Shown in pieces: positions 9,213 through 18,868 of a stretch of 64,000 nucleotides of DNA (position 1 is the first letter of the stretch; each line of letters begins with the position of its first letter). The stretch comes from Gemmatimonadaceae bacterium (GTDB lineage: Bacteria > Gemmatimonadota > Gemmatimonadetes > Gemmatimonadales > Gemmatimonadaceae). The notes beneath the pieces are model-generated. The model was not told the origin of the DNA. It saw only the letters and a list, made by a program, of their open reading frames with translations, and searched no databases. The DNA is taken from the NCBI GenBank assembly GCA_045803545.1, contig JBJMOW010000004.1, positions 416,001-480,000 on the forward strand. Reading direction: 5' to 3'. The position numbers and the translations under genes were made by a program.

Positions 9213-9884
9213 GTGCTCGTCACAGCGTGCGGTCCGCATGCCCATATACCGCTCCGACCGACCAATCTGCCGGGCGTGCTTAATCCAACGGATAGTGGAA
9301 CTCTGTTGGCACAGCGCCTAGCACCGGTTTTATACCTACAAAAGGATGAAACGTTCCCGCTGGAGCGGGTGGTGGCGGTCCTGCACCCCACCCGACGCAT
9401 TATTGCCTACCATTTGCTGTGGCGAGACGACGTCCACGGGTCCTGGATTCCGTTTACGGTCCCGACGGATGAAGAGGTCCTGTGGGTAGGATACGATTCA
9501 ACCTACGCGCCTGTTGATCTCTGGACGTACTGGCACGGCCGGATTTTGCACACGCCGTGGCCGCGATCGCAGGTCACAATCGATGTGCAATGGGGTAAGC
9601 ACGGAAGTCTGCCCAGAAACGTCCGCGAGAGCGACCTGCCGAAGCCGCAGACTCTCAACTTCTTCTACGCGATGACGATTTTTGGGGAGCCTGACATTTT
9701 GCTGGGTGACCTGACGCGAAAAGGCCCGATCTGTTTCTGCCATGGCTATGATCGCTACCGCCAGTTCACCCGACCGCTTCTGATATCCGGAAAGATCGAT
9801 GCTGTAGTGCGCGCTGAGGATGCCAGCGCTGTGCTGAAGGGAGTTTTCGGTCATAAGTACTCGAACAAACACCGTTGGCCGTAG
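9213..9884 (+). CDS. Hypothetical protein, possible lipoprotein (start uncertain)
   Basis: Long ORF with a VTAC lipobox-like motif; conserved-looking Y...W.DD, TDEE.LWVG and WGKHG; ends at a terminator. Confidence 0.65.
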   Translation: MLVTACGPHAHIPLRPTNLPGVLNPTDSGTLLAQRLAPVLYLQKDETFPLERVVAVLHPTRRIIAYHLLWRDDVHGSWIPFTVPTDEEVLWVGYDSTYAPVDLWTYWHGRILHTPWPRSQVTIDVQWGKHGSLPRNVRESDLPKPQTLNFFYAMTIFGEPDILLGDLTRKGPICFCHGYDRYRQFTRPLLISGKIDAVVRAEDASAVLKGVFGHKYSNKHRWP

Positions 9885-9894
9885 CAGTGGAGAC

Positions 9895-9929
9895 AAAAAA
9901 ACTCCGGCGATTTCTCGCCGGAGTTTTTT
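9895..9929. terminator. Bidirectional intrinsic terminator
   Basis: A-tract, CTCCGGCGA/TCGCCGGAG stem, then T-tract, between convergent genes. Confidence 0.85.
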
Positions 9930-9940
9930 ACCACCCATTG

Positions 9941-11545
9941 TTAGCGATGCGTTGAAGCCGACGCCGTTGCCTGCTGTTCTCTCGCTGCAATGACGAAGAG
10001 ATCCTTCTGCGAATTACTCTGCTTGATAACATCCAAAGCGTGCACGAGCTGATTATCGTCGCTCACGCTGCGGCGCTTGGCTGCTGAATCACCGAAAGCA
10101 AGACGCGCTACGGTATTGCCGAGAAGACGATCGACTTCCGGACCAGCCTGCTCGTACAGATTGCGATCGACTGCAACTCCTTTCGCTTGCAGCCGGCGAT
10201 AGAACTCCTCACGCCAGGCAGTCGGCACGACGAAGTCTGGTTTCACAGTTTTCTTGAGCTCGAGCGAATAGTCCATCAACGTCGCTCTGACATCTGCAGT
10301 CTTGGGTGCGAAGGCGTTGAAGAGTTTCTGCTCGGGAGTCGTCAGCGTGTCCGGTCGAACGATGATGTCCGGAGTGATCGCGCCGCCGCCGTAGACCACT
10401 CGTCCGGCATCCGATTTGAACGCTGGACGTGACCGACGAGCTGAATCGGTCTCCAGTGAATCGGGCATCACTTCAACGAATTCTCCGCTCGGCAACAGTT
10501 TGCGCTCCTTCTGAATCGAGCGGCCATTCGGCGTGTACCATTTGGCGGTCGTCATCTTGAGCGCATAACCACCTTCGAGCGGGAATACGGACTGCACGAG
10601 TCCTTTTCCGAACGACGTGGTGCCGACGATCAGCGCGCGATCGTGGTCCTGCAACGCGCCCGCGACGATCTCCGATGCCGAGGCACTTCTGCCATCGGTC
10701 AACAGGATGAGCGGGATGGACGGAGCGACGGGATCATCGCTGGCGACGAAAGTCTGGTTCTCTCCGTTGCGAGCGCGAATGCTGGAGATCTGCTGTCCCT
10801 TGTGAAGGAACAGGTTGCTGACGCTGAGCGACTGATCGAGAATGCCGCCCGGATTGCCGCGCAAATCGATGACGATGCCTTTCGCGCCCTGTCGTGAGAG
10901 TTTCGTAACCGAGCTCTCGATCTCGTCGCGCGCGCTCTCGTTGAACTGCAGGAGCGGGATGTAACCGATGTTGCCATCTAGCATGATGGCGTAAGGCACT
11001 GCGGGAATGTTGATGACGGCGCGAGTGAAGGTGATCGGAATCAGCTCCGTAACGCCAGGCCTCGAGAATTTGACGAGGACTCTGCTGCCAGGATTACCCT
11101 TGAGGGCGTCGGAGGTCTGCGAAACCGTCCAGCCGCGAGTATTCGTGGTGTCGATGAAATTGATGCGATCGCCTTCCTGCACTCCGGCCTGCTCGGCAGG
11201 GGTGTGCGGAAATACGCGCTGGACGGTGATGAAGCCCTGGGTCTCGGCGATTTCCATTCCGATGCCTGCGTAGCGCCCATTGGTCTGGGCGTTGAACGTC
11301 GAGAGCTCTTTTGGCGACAGCAGCACGCTGTACGGGTCGTTCAATTCGTGGACGAGGCCGCGTGCGGCTTTCTCATAGAGAGTTGCCTGATCGACCGTAT
11401 CGACGAATCGCGTCGACACAATGCTGAGGACCTGATCGAGGAGCCGGGCGCCTTGCTGGCTTTCGTGCTCCTGGAAAACGAAGCCTCCTGCCATTACCGG
11501 GATCAAGGCAAGGCAGAAGAGCAGACTTTTTCTGGTTCGGGACAT
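9941..11545 (-). CDS. ctpA: S41 carboxy-terminal processing protease with PDZ domain
   Basis: DPYS, GIG (PDZ), DLRGNPGG, SASASEI (Ser) and SFGKGLVQ (Lys); N-terminal signal anchor. Confidence 0.93.
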   Translation of the reverse strand: MSRTRKSLLFCLALIPVMAGGFVFQEHESQQGARLLDQVLSIVSTRFVDTVDQATLYEKAARGLVHELNDPYSVLLSPKELSTFNAQTNGRYAGIGMEIAETQGFITVQRVFPHTPAEQAGVQEGDRINFIDTTNTRGWTVSQTSDALKGNPGSRVLVKFSRPGVTELIPITFTRAVINIPAVPYAIMLDGNIGYIPLLQFNESARDEIESSVTKLSRQGAKGIVIDLRGNPGGILDQSLSVSNLFLHKGQQISSIRARNGENQTFVASDDPVAPSIPLILLTDGRSASASEIVAGALQDHDRALIVGTTSFGKGLVQSVFPLEGGYALKMTTAKWYTPNGRSIQKERKLLPSGEFVEVMPDSLETDSARRSRPAFKSDAGRVVYGGGAITPDIIVRPDTLTTPEQKLFNAFAPKTADVRATLMDYSLELKKTVKPDFVVPTAWREEFYRRLQAKGVAVDRNLYEQAGPEVDRLLGNTVARLAFGDSAAKRRSVSDDNQLVHALDVIKQSNSQKDLFVIAAREQQATASASTHR

Positions 11546-11605
11546 ACGAAGACTCGGATTAATTGAAAGTGCCTTAGCCGTAAGTCGACTCAGGCCAACT
11601 AATTA

Positions 11606-11633
11606 GATACGCTTTTCTGGTGCTCAGTGTTCC
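11606..11633 (-). promoter_or_regulatory. Candidate ECF-sigma promoter upstream of ctpA
   Basis: The minus strand reads GGAAC-N17-CGTATC, about 60 bp before the ATG, inside an inverted repeat. Confidence 0.4.
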
Positions 11634-11666
11634 TAGGACGCACAAAGGGCACCAGAGGAACGCGGG

Positions 11667-12518
11667 TCAGGCAGCTCGGGAAGCGAGTACATAATCTACC
11701 AGCCAATCCCGGTTCAGCTGCCGAAATGTAGCATCCCTCAGCAAGCCGGCCGCCAGCAGCATCTCGTGCGCGGGCTGGAGCACTCGTTGCAAATGGGAAG
11801 GGTACCGTTGGGTAAGTGGCAGTTGTTCGGCAAGGAGGGTGAGCGGTACACGCCAGGTCACCATTCCCTCTTCGCGCGCGACCTCCAGCAAACGGTAGAG
11901 GCGGCGGGCGACAGGATTGGTCAAAGAGAGATAATGGCTGGCCGACAGTGTAACGATATGACCGGCGGCGATGTTGGAGCGGATAACCGGACCGATGGTG
12001 ACTCTTGCGTCGCCCGGCTCCGAGGCCGCAAGCACCGGAAAGAGCGTGAACTGTTCGCGCTCGGCGAGGCGGCGACGTGCAATTGAGACTGATGAGAGTA
12101 TGGTAAAACGCCCTTCTAGCGGCTGTCCCTCACGTGCTGCAACGTACACTCCGCTCGATTCTAGCGTTGTGCGCTCCAGCCTGGTGAGCGCCGACCGCAA
12201 CTGCTCGTATGTTCTGCCGTCAACGCGCCTGCCGATCGAGCGCAGGAAGGCGTGAAGAGTGAAGCTGATCGCGCCATCTTCAGGAGCTCCTGCCTCGTGG
12301 TAGCGATGCAAAAGCTCGATGTAAACGTCCTGGTCAAACGTACCCGGCAAGCGATCACCGGGGCTTGGCAGTACCCTCCAGCGTCCGCCGCTTTCGGGAG
12401 AAAAAGAGATTGCAGTGTCTTCAGCGGAGTCGCTGAGTCGAAAGACCGGAAGGGCCTCGAGAGATCGGTCGAGAACGATAGCGCGCGTCGCGGTTCGACG
12501 ACGGGCCACAAAGGTCAT
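11667..12518 (-). CDS. Plasmid-type replication initiator protein A (RPA/TrfA-like winged-helix) homologue
   Basis: P..FD.DVY..L, ISFT....LR.IGR...G..Y..LR.AL.RL..T.L and Y..L..P.ARRLYRLL patterns. Start taken at ATG 12518, which has TATTCT 6 nt upstream. Confidence 0.7.
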   Translation of the reverse strand: MTFVARRRTATRAIVLDRSLEALPVFRLSDSAEDTAISFSPESGGRWRVLPSPGDRLPGTFDQDVYIELLHRYHEAGAPEDGAISFTLHAFLRSIGRRVDGRTYEQLRSALTRLERTTLESSGVYVAAREGQPLEGRFTILSSVSIARRRLAEREQFTLFPVLAASEPGDARVTIGPVIRSNIAAGHIVTLSASHYLSLTNPVARRLYRLLEVAREEGMVTWRVPLTLLAEQLPLTQRYPSHLQRVLQPAHEMLLAAGLLRDATFRQLNRDWLVDYVLASRAA

Positions 12519-12529
12519 ACAGAGAGAAT

Positions 12530-13828
12530 ATGACACTGATCAAGTACATTGCAATTGCGGCCCTGATTCTGTTCGGAGTCGTACTGGCGCTGATCGGGAT
12601 CCTATCGGTCACCCACGACACTCCGGTTCGCAGCGTACTCGCCGAAGGCGACCGCGATGGCCCGCCCAGTATCGAAGATCCGCTGTTCGCTCACAGCATC
12701 GAGCTTTTCACCGGAACCCATCTCGATTCCGGCAACAGCGTTCAGATAATGCTCAATGGCGATGGCACTTATCCACAGTTATGGAAGGACATCGCGTCTG
12801 CCCAACAGACGGTGACCGTACAGATGTACTATTCGCAACCGGGTGCGGTCGCGGATACGATGGCGAAGTATCTGATCGACCGCGCGCAGCACAAGGTGCG
12901 GGTGTTGCTGCTGCTGGACGCATTCGGCTCACAGCCGCTGAAGCGTGATTGGATCGCAAATCTGAAACGCGCGGGCGTCGAGGTAGTGTGGCTGCGTCCT
13001 TTGCGTTGGTACACCCTACAAAAGGCAGCTCAGCGATCTCACGTGCGAGTTGTGGTAGTCGACGGTCGCATCGGCTACACGGGGGGCTTTGGGCTCGCCG
13101 ACTATTGGCTCGGCGACGGACATCACGAAGATCAGTGGCGTGAGACGAACGTCAGGTTCGAAGGTCCGACGGTAGCCGCGCTCCAGGCAGCGTTTGCTGC
13201 TGCATGGGCAGAAGCAACGGGCGAGCTGCTTACGGGCGACATGTTCTTCCCCAAGACGTCGTTCGCAACTGCGGGGAACGTGGAAGCCGGTTTGATGCAC
13301 AGCATTCCCAGCACCGGCAGCACACCAGCGGAGCGGTTCCTTGCGCTTTCCATCGCCGGCGCGCGACGCACGCTTTACGTCAGCAACTCTTACTTCGTAC
13401 CCGGCGAAAATTTCCTGCGACTGCTACTAGCCGCCGCGCATCGCGGTGTTGATGTACGCATTCTCACGGTCAGCGACAAAACGGACGTGAAGACGACGTG
13501 GTATGCGGGCCGCACCTATTACGAGAAGCTGCTCGAGGGTGGCGTCAAGATCTACGAGTATCAGCCGACGATGATGCATGCCAAGACCATGGTGGTCGAT
13601 GGGATGTGGTCGTCCATCGGATCGATGAACTTCGACAACCGTTCTCTGTCGTTCAATAACGAGTCGTTGCTACTGGCGCTCGATCGGAACGTGGGCGCAA
13701 AGATGGATTCGGTATTCATGGACGACGTCAAATGGTCGAAAGAGATCAAGCTCGACGAATTCAGGAAACGGCCAATCTCCGGACGGATTCTCGAATGGGG
13801 AGCACAGAAGCTGCGCCGAGTGCTCTAA
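12530..13828 (+). CDS. cls: Cardiolipin synthase / phospholipase D family
   Basis: Two PLD motifs, HVRVVVVDG (variant) and HAKTMVVDG...GSMN; N-terminal transmembrane segment. Confidence 0.88.
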   Translation: MTLIKYIAIAALILFGVVLALIGILSVTHDTPVRSVLAEGDRDGPPSIEDPLFAHSIELFTGTHLDSGNSVQIMLNGDGTYPQLWKDIASAQQTVTVQMYYSQPGAVADTMAKYLIDRAQHKVRVLLLLDAFGSQPLKRDWIANLKRAGVEVVWLRPLRWYTLQKAAQRSHVRVVVVDGRIGYTGGFGLADYWLGDGHHEDQWRETNVRFEGPTVAALQAAFAAAWAEATGELLTGDMFFPKTSFATAGNVEAGLMHSIPSTGSTPAERFLALSIAGARRTLYVSNSYFVPGENFLRLLLAAAHRGVDVRILTVSDKTDVKTTWYAGRTYYEKLLEGGVKIYEYQPTMMHAKTMVVDGMWSSIGSMNFDNRSLSFNNESLLLALDRNVGAKMDSVFMDDVKWSKEIKLDEFRKRPISGRILEWGAQKLRRVL

Positions 13829-13846
13829 GACAAGCGTGAATATCAG

Positions 13847-16800
13847 ATGGCTCGTGGTGTAGGCAAGAGCTCGCCGCTGGGGCGGTTCCATCCGATTGTC
13901 CGGAAGTGGTTCAAGGAGACGCTCGGAGAGCCGAGCGATCCTCAGCGCCAGGGTTGGCCAGCGATCGCCAGTGGTGAGCATACGCTGGTGCTGGCGCCGA
14001 CCGGAACCGGCAAGACGTTGGCGGCGTTTCTATGGGAGCTGAATGAGCTGATCGTTCGCGGGCTGGACGAGGCTCTGCCCAACGCGGTGCACCTGCTTTA
14101 CATCTCGCCGCTCAAAGCGCTCAACAATGATATCCAGCGAAATCTCGATCGGCCGCTGCGCGAGCTGAAAGAGCGATTCGACGCGGAGGGGAAGAAGTTT
14201 CCCGAAATACGCGTTGCAGTTCGCACCGGTGATACGTCGGCGTCCGCGCGCGCAAAGATGCTGCGTCGGTCGCCACACATTCTGATCACGACGCCCGAAT
14301 CACTGAACATCATGCTCACGACACTAAAGGGTCGGGGAATGTTCAGCGGTGTCCGCGCGGTGATCGTCGATGAGATCCACGCAATCGCGGGCACCAAAAG
14401 AGGAGCGCACCTCGCATTGACGCTGGAGCGTCTAGAAGCGCTGGTGGAGAAAACGCCGCAGCGAATCGGGCTGTCGGCAACGCAGCGGCCGCTCGAGGAA
14501 GTCGCCCGATTTCTTGGCGGCTGTCGCAGCAACGGCGGTTCGCCATCGTTTCGGCCGGTGACGATAGTGGATTGCGGTCTCACCAAGGAAATGGAGATCC
14601 ACGTCGAATCACCCGTCGCTGATCTGGCGAATGTCGGAGGAAGTATCTGGCCGGCGGTCGCGCCGCTGGTGCTCAAACACATTCAGGCGTCGCGCACCAC
14701 TCTCGTCTTCGTGAACAATCGCGCGCAGGCGGAAAAAATAGCAGCGCGTGTGAATAAGCTCGCGGACGAGGAAGTCGCACTGCCTTATCACGGATCCTTG
14801 GCGAGAGAGCGTCGCTTTTTGCTCGAGGAGAGGCTGAAGGCAGGGTCGCTCCGTGCCCTGGTGACGACGAGCTCTCTCGAGCTCGGCATTGACATCGGTT
14901 CCGTCGATCTCGTCATACAGCTCCAGTCGCCCAAGCGCGTCGCCTCCGCGCTGCAGCGAATCGGTAGAGCGGGCCACGCGCTCGGCGTTGCAAGTCGAGG
15001 AATCCTGGTACCGACATTTCGCGATGACGCCGTCGAAATTGCCGCAATCGTGGCGGCGATGCGGGCTGGCGATGTCGAACCCACGCAAGTCGTGCAGAAC
15101 GCGCTCGACGTGCTGGCGCAGGTGATTGTCGCTGCGGTGTCGGTCGACGACTGGACCACTACCGGTCTGTATGATCTGGTGAGACGGGCTTATCCGTATC
15201 ATCAGCTCACTCGCACAGCGTTCGACGAAGTGCTCGAGATGCTTTCTGGTAAGTATCCGTCTGACGTTGCGGCCGAGCTCGAGCCGCGCATCACCTGGGA
15301 CCGTGTCAATGATCGGCTGGTGGGCAGCCGTGCAGCACGGATGACGGCGGTGATTTCAGGCGGGACGATTCCCGACCGGGGGCTGTACACTGTCAATCTT
15401 CCGGACCGGACTCGGCTGGGCGAGCTGGATGAGGAATTCGTGCACGAGTCGCGAATGGGAGATGTATTCCAGCTCGGCTCGTCGACCTGGCGGATTGCCG
15501 CAATCGAGCATGACCGTGTCGTCGTTACTCCCGCACCCGGTACTCCAGCGAGAATGCCGTTCTGGCACGGTGAGTACATGGCGCGATCCCTGATGCTGAG
15601 TCACCGCGTCGGTGCATTGCGGCGCGAACTGTCTGAAGGCCCAAACGAAGAGAGACTGGCGGCCGAATACGGATGCGATGCCGCGACCGCGAACTCGCTG
15701 GTGAAGTACATCGCAGCTCAACGAGCGGCAACCGGCATTGTTCCCGACGATCGGAACATCGTCATCGAGCAATTCCGCGACGAAACCGGAGCCGTGCGTA
15801 TCGTGATTCATGCGGCGTATGGCGGCAGAATCACCGCGCCGTGGGGAATGGCCCTCGCGCAACGCATGCGAGAAGCGATCAACGAGACCGACCTGCAAGT
15901 GCAGACGACGGACGACGGCATCATGCTGCGTCTGCCGGATCTTGGAATGACGACGCCGCTCCAATCATTGCTCGGTTTGGCCGGCGGGGAAGCCGAACAA
16001 CTGGTAATGGAGGAAGTCGGATCGACATCGCTGTTCGGTGCGCGTTTTCGCATGAACGCAGCGCGTGCGCTGTTACTGCCACGCGGCAATCCGCGCCGAC
16101 GGATGCCACTCTGGCTGCAACGACTCAAATCGCTCGATCTACTGCAGGTGGTGCGACAGTTCCCGAGTTTTCCGATTCTGGTCGAGACGTATCGTGAAGT
16201 GTTACAGGATGCTTTCGACATGCAGGGACTGAAGGATGTGCTTGCAGAAATTGCCGCCGGCGTGATCCGGATTCACACCGTGCACACCGACGTCCCGTCG
16301 CCGTTCGCGGCGAGCCTTCAGTTCGGATTCGTAATGGATTGGCTGTACGGCGACGACACGCCGCGCGCCGAACAGCGTGCCGCGCTGCTATCGATCGATC
16401 GATCGCTGCTCGACGAAGTAATGGGAGGAGAGGGCAGTGACGACATTACGCGTGAGGCGATCGAGCAAACGCTCACCGAGAGACGCGGCACCGCGATCGG
16501 TCGCCGCGCTCGTACGGAGGACGAACTGGCTCATTTGCTCGATCGAGCCGGCGATCTCACCCAGGAAGAACTGCAGGCAAGGATCGCCACCGAAGACGAA
16601 GGCCGTCGCGGCGATCCGTTCAGCAAGCTGCTCGAAACGGGAAGAACGGTGGCCATTCCATTGGGAAGTGAAGAAGCGCGTGAGTGGCGATTGATCCTAA
16701 CCGAGACATTCCCGCGCTACATCTCTGCGTTCGGGACCGAGCAGCTGGCGAGTGTGAAAGCCGGACGGCATCTCAGCGAGCAGCCTGCTTCGACCGCGGT

Positions 16801-18322
16801 CCCCGAAATTCTGCGCAACGCAATTATCAACGCGTCCGTCGCGCGCCGCGAGGTACTGGCGAGATTTCTGACGCAGTCTGGGCCAGTAACGATCAAGGAG
16901 ATCTACGATCGGTATGGGTGGGATGAGCGATGGATCGAATCACGCCTTGCTGAGTGGGAGCGCACCGGGAAGCTGATTCGCGGAAAATTTCGCAGGGAGG
17001 TCCGTGACCTCGAGTGGTGCTCGCGCCGGGTCGTTGAGATTGGCAGACGGCGAGCTCTCGCTGCACTGCGGAAGCAGATCGAAGCGGTGGAGCTGCCGCA
17101 ATTCCAGGCATTCATGCACCGCTGGCAGCATCTCGATCAACGGGACCGGCTTAATCCGCTGAGCGGTGCTGAGACAGCAGTGCGCCAACTATATGGTATA
17201 GCACGACCGCCAATGGCCTGGGATCGCGACTATCTGCGCGCGCGTATTGCTGCCTATGACCCGGCATCGCTCTCCAGGTTTGCAGCGTCGGGCGAGCCGG
17301 TGTGGTCCGGTGAAGGTGTGCATGATCCAGAGACCGGCTCGATTCCGTTGCGCGCTGTGCGGTTCTTCGAAAGAGGTACAGGCTCGCTCTGGATCAATCA
17401 GACTCAGGAACCCGTGCTGAGCGAGAACGCGGAAAAAGTCAGAGCTACGATTGCCGAAGAAGGCGCCTCATTCGTCGGCGACATTCAGGCGATCACCGGT
17501 CTGACAATGCTGGCGGTGCGCGAAGCAATTCGCGAACTGGTAGCGTGGGGTCTGGTGACGAACGACACCGTTGAAGCAATGCGGGAGGTCGCCCGCTGGA
17601 AACCGATGCTGCCCCGCACCGGCAACGATCCGACCAGCTGGCTGCCCGCGGAGTACAAGCCATCGCCGAATCGACGTTTTCAGCGCAGTCGCCCAAATCT
17701 GCGTCGTCTTCCGAAATGGCGCCGGCCGGACAAGCCAGGGGCGGCGGTGAGCGGATGGACTGGACGCTGGTCGGTCGTCCGACGTCGCAGCACGATGGGG
17801 CCTGAGCTTCCTGAGGAAGAGCACGCCGAGCGAATCGCGCGGCAGTGGCTCACGCGTTATGGAATCGTCTCTCGCGACTGGTGGCGGCGTGAGCGCCCAC
17901 CCGTTTCATGGCGCGCAATTTATCGGGAGCTGAAACGGCTCGAGTTTCGAGGCGAGGTCCGTCGCGGATATTTCGTAAGAGGCCTTGGCGGTGCGCAGTT
18001 CGCGATGCCAGATGCCGTGGAGTGGCTGCGCACGGCTGCCGGTGAGGAAGCATCGCAGGCGGAGTTCGTGGTGATGGCTGCCAGCGATCCGGCCAACGTC
18101 TACAATCTTCCCCTCGAGCTCATCGAGAAGGATCCGCTGTCCCGACCTCGTGGCTCGGGTGCACTCCTCGTCACACGTGGTGGTCGTGTTGCAATCGCCG
18201 CTGAGGCGCGCGGCAGGAGATTCACCGTGGCGAATTGGGTAACACCGGAAGAAGCAGCGGCGGCGAAAGCAGCGCTGCGCGAACATTTGCGCGGAGAGAG
18301 ATCCGCGCACTACATCATTTGA
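13847..18322 (+). CDS. lhr: Lhr ATP-dependent helicase, long form
   Basis: APTGTGKT, DEIH, SAT, TSSLELGID and QRIGRAGH; Lhr-specific SGGTIPD and GELDEEF; C-terminal RYG...RRGYFV.GLGGAQFA. Confidence 0.95.
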   Translation: MARGVGKSSPLGRFHPIVRKWFKETLGEPSDPQRQGWPAIASGEHTLVLAPTGTGKTLAAFLWELNELIVRGLDEALPNAVHLLYISPLKALNNDIQRNLDRPLRELKERFDAEGKKFPEIRVAVRTGDTSASARAKMLRRSPHILITTPESLNIMLTTLKGRGMFSGVRAVIVDEIHAIAGTKRGAHLALTLERLEALVEKTPQRIGLSATQRPLEEVARFLGGCRSNGGSPSFRPVTIVDCGLTKEMEIHVESPVADLANVGGSIWPAVAPLVLKHIQASRTTLVFVNNRAQAEKIAARVNKLADEEVALPYHGSLARERRFLLEERLKAGSLRALVTTSSLELGIDIGSVDLVIQLQSPKRVASALQRIGRAGHALGVASRGILVPTFRDDAVEIAAIVAAMRAGDVEPTQVVQNALDVLAQVIVAAVSVDDWTTTGLYDLVRRAYPYHQLTRTAFDEVLEMLSGKYPSDVAAELEPRITWDRVNDRLVGSRAARMTAVISGGTIPDRGLYTVNLPDRTRLGELDEEFVHESRMGDVFQLGSSTWRIAAIEHDRVVVTPAPGTPARMPFWHGEYMARSLMLSHRVGALRRELSEGPNEERLAAEYGCDAATANSLVKYIAAQRAATGIVPDDRNIVIEQFRDETGAVRIVIHAAYGGRITAPWGMALAQRMREAINETDLQVQTTDDGIMLRLPDLGMTTPLQSLLGLAGGEAEQLVMEEVGSTSLFGARFRMNAARALLLPRGNPRRRMPLWLQRLKSLDLLQVVRQFPSFPILVETYREVLQDAFDMQGLKDVLAEIAAGVIRIHTVHTDVPSPFAASLQFGFVMDWLYGDDTPRAEQRAALLSIDRSLLDEVMGGEGSDDITREAIEQTLTERRGTAIGRRARTEDELAHLLDRAGDLTQEELQARIATEDEGRRGDPFSKLLETGRTVAIPLGSEEAREWRLILTETFPRYISAFGTEQLASVKAGRHLSEQPASTAVPEILRNAIINASVARREVLARFLTQSGPVTIKEIYDRYGWDERWIESRLAEWERTGKLIRGKFRREVRDLEWCSRRVVEIGRRRALAALRKQIEAVELPQFQAFMHRWQHLDQRDRLNPLSGAETAVRQLYGIARPPMAWDRDYLRARIAAYDPASLSRFAASGEPVWSGEGVHDPETGSIPLRAVRFFERGTGSLWINQTQEPVLSENAEKVRATIAEEGASFVGDIQAITGLTMLAVREAIRELVAWGLVTNDTVEAMREVARWKPMLPRTGNDPTSWLPAEYKPSPNRRFQRSRPNLRRLPKWRRPDKPGAAVSGWTGRWSVVRRRSTMGPELPEEEHAERIARQWLTRYGIVSRDWWRRERPPVSWRAIYRELKRLEFRGEVRRGYFVRGLGGAQFAMPDAVEWLRTAAGEEASQAEFVVMAASDPANVYNLPLELIEKDPLSRPRGSGALLVTRGGRVAIAAEARGRRFTVANWVTPEEAAAAKAALREHLRGERSAHYII

Positions 18323-18868
18323 CTATCGAATGTCAGCGCGACCGAGTGCGGCGCGCACCGCTTCGCGCATGGCGATAACCGCCTCTTCTCGTGCCGCGGG
18401 AGAATCTTCGCGCACGTGAAGCTCGATTCCGTCGGCGACAAGCAGCCGGTGCCACCGCAGCGCGAGATCGTCGTCATGTGTCACGGCTACATCGGCGCCC
18501 GATGTAAGCGCAGGCGCGAGTGATTGAGCGATTTTGCGTTCGAGAGCGTCACCGGTGAGGTCCCGCATCTCGGCTTTGATCGTCTCCAGGCTCTGACCTT
18601 CGCGCTGCCGGATTTTGATCGATAGCAGCTGCAGCAGGTGGCGATAACCATAGGTTGCGCCGGTGCCCGTCCCCTCGGGTCGATCCAGCAAACCAGTAGC
18701 TACATAGAATCGAACGGCGCGAGCACTTGGTGCCGCTCGCGCCGATGCATTCGTTGGTCGAACTCCAGCTGCGTCTACAAGAGCTGTTGCGTGGGCCGCA
18801 AGTCCTCTGGCGTTCCAGGGAGCGTGTCGAGAGTGCGCGCGGAGGAGAGCGACAGGCGATTCAGCCAT
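18323..18868 (-). CDS. MerR-type HTH protein
   Basis: S.RAVRFY...GLL..P......Y...HL..L..I...Q..G.SL..I; C-terminal W.R..V.DG.ELHV. Confidence 0.75.
   Translation of the reverse strand: MAESPVALLRAHSRHAPWNARGLAAHATALVDAAGVRPTNASARAAPSARAVRFYVATGLLDRPEGTGTGATYGYRHLLQLLSIKIRQREGQSLETIKAEMRDLTGDALERKIAQSLAPALTSGADVAVTHDDDLALRWHRLLVADGIELHVREDSPAAREEAVIAMREAVRAALGRADIR

Noticed and set aside
12769..12777. Perfect DnaA box TTATCCACA about 250 bp upstream of the Rep-like gene
   Set aside because: It is a single copy inside the cls coding sequence, with no box cluster or AT-rich unwinding element, so it is compatible with chance.
4736..18322. Ku/LigD/Lhr/PLD/Rep as an anti-phage defence island
   Set aside because: Each gene has ordinary housekeeping features. 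The PLD is a TM-anchored cls type, and the Lhr is the canonical long form without defence partners.
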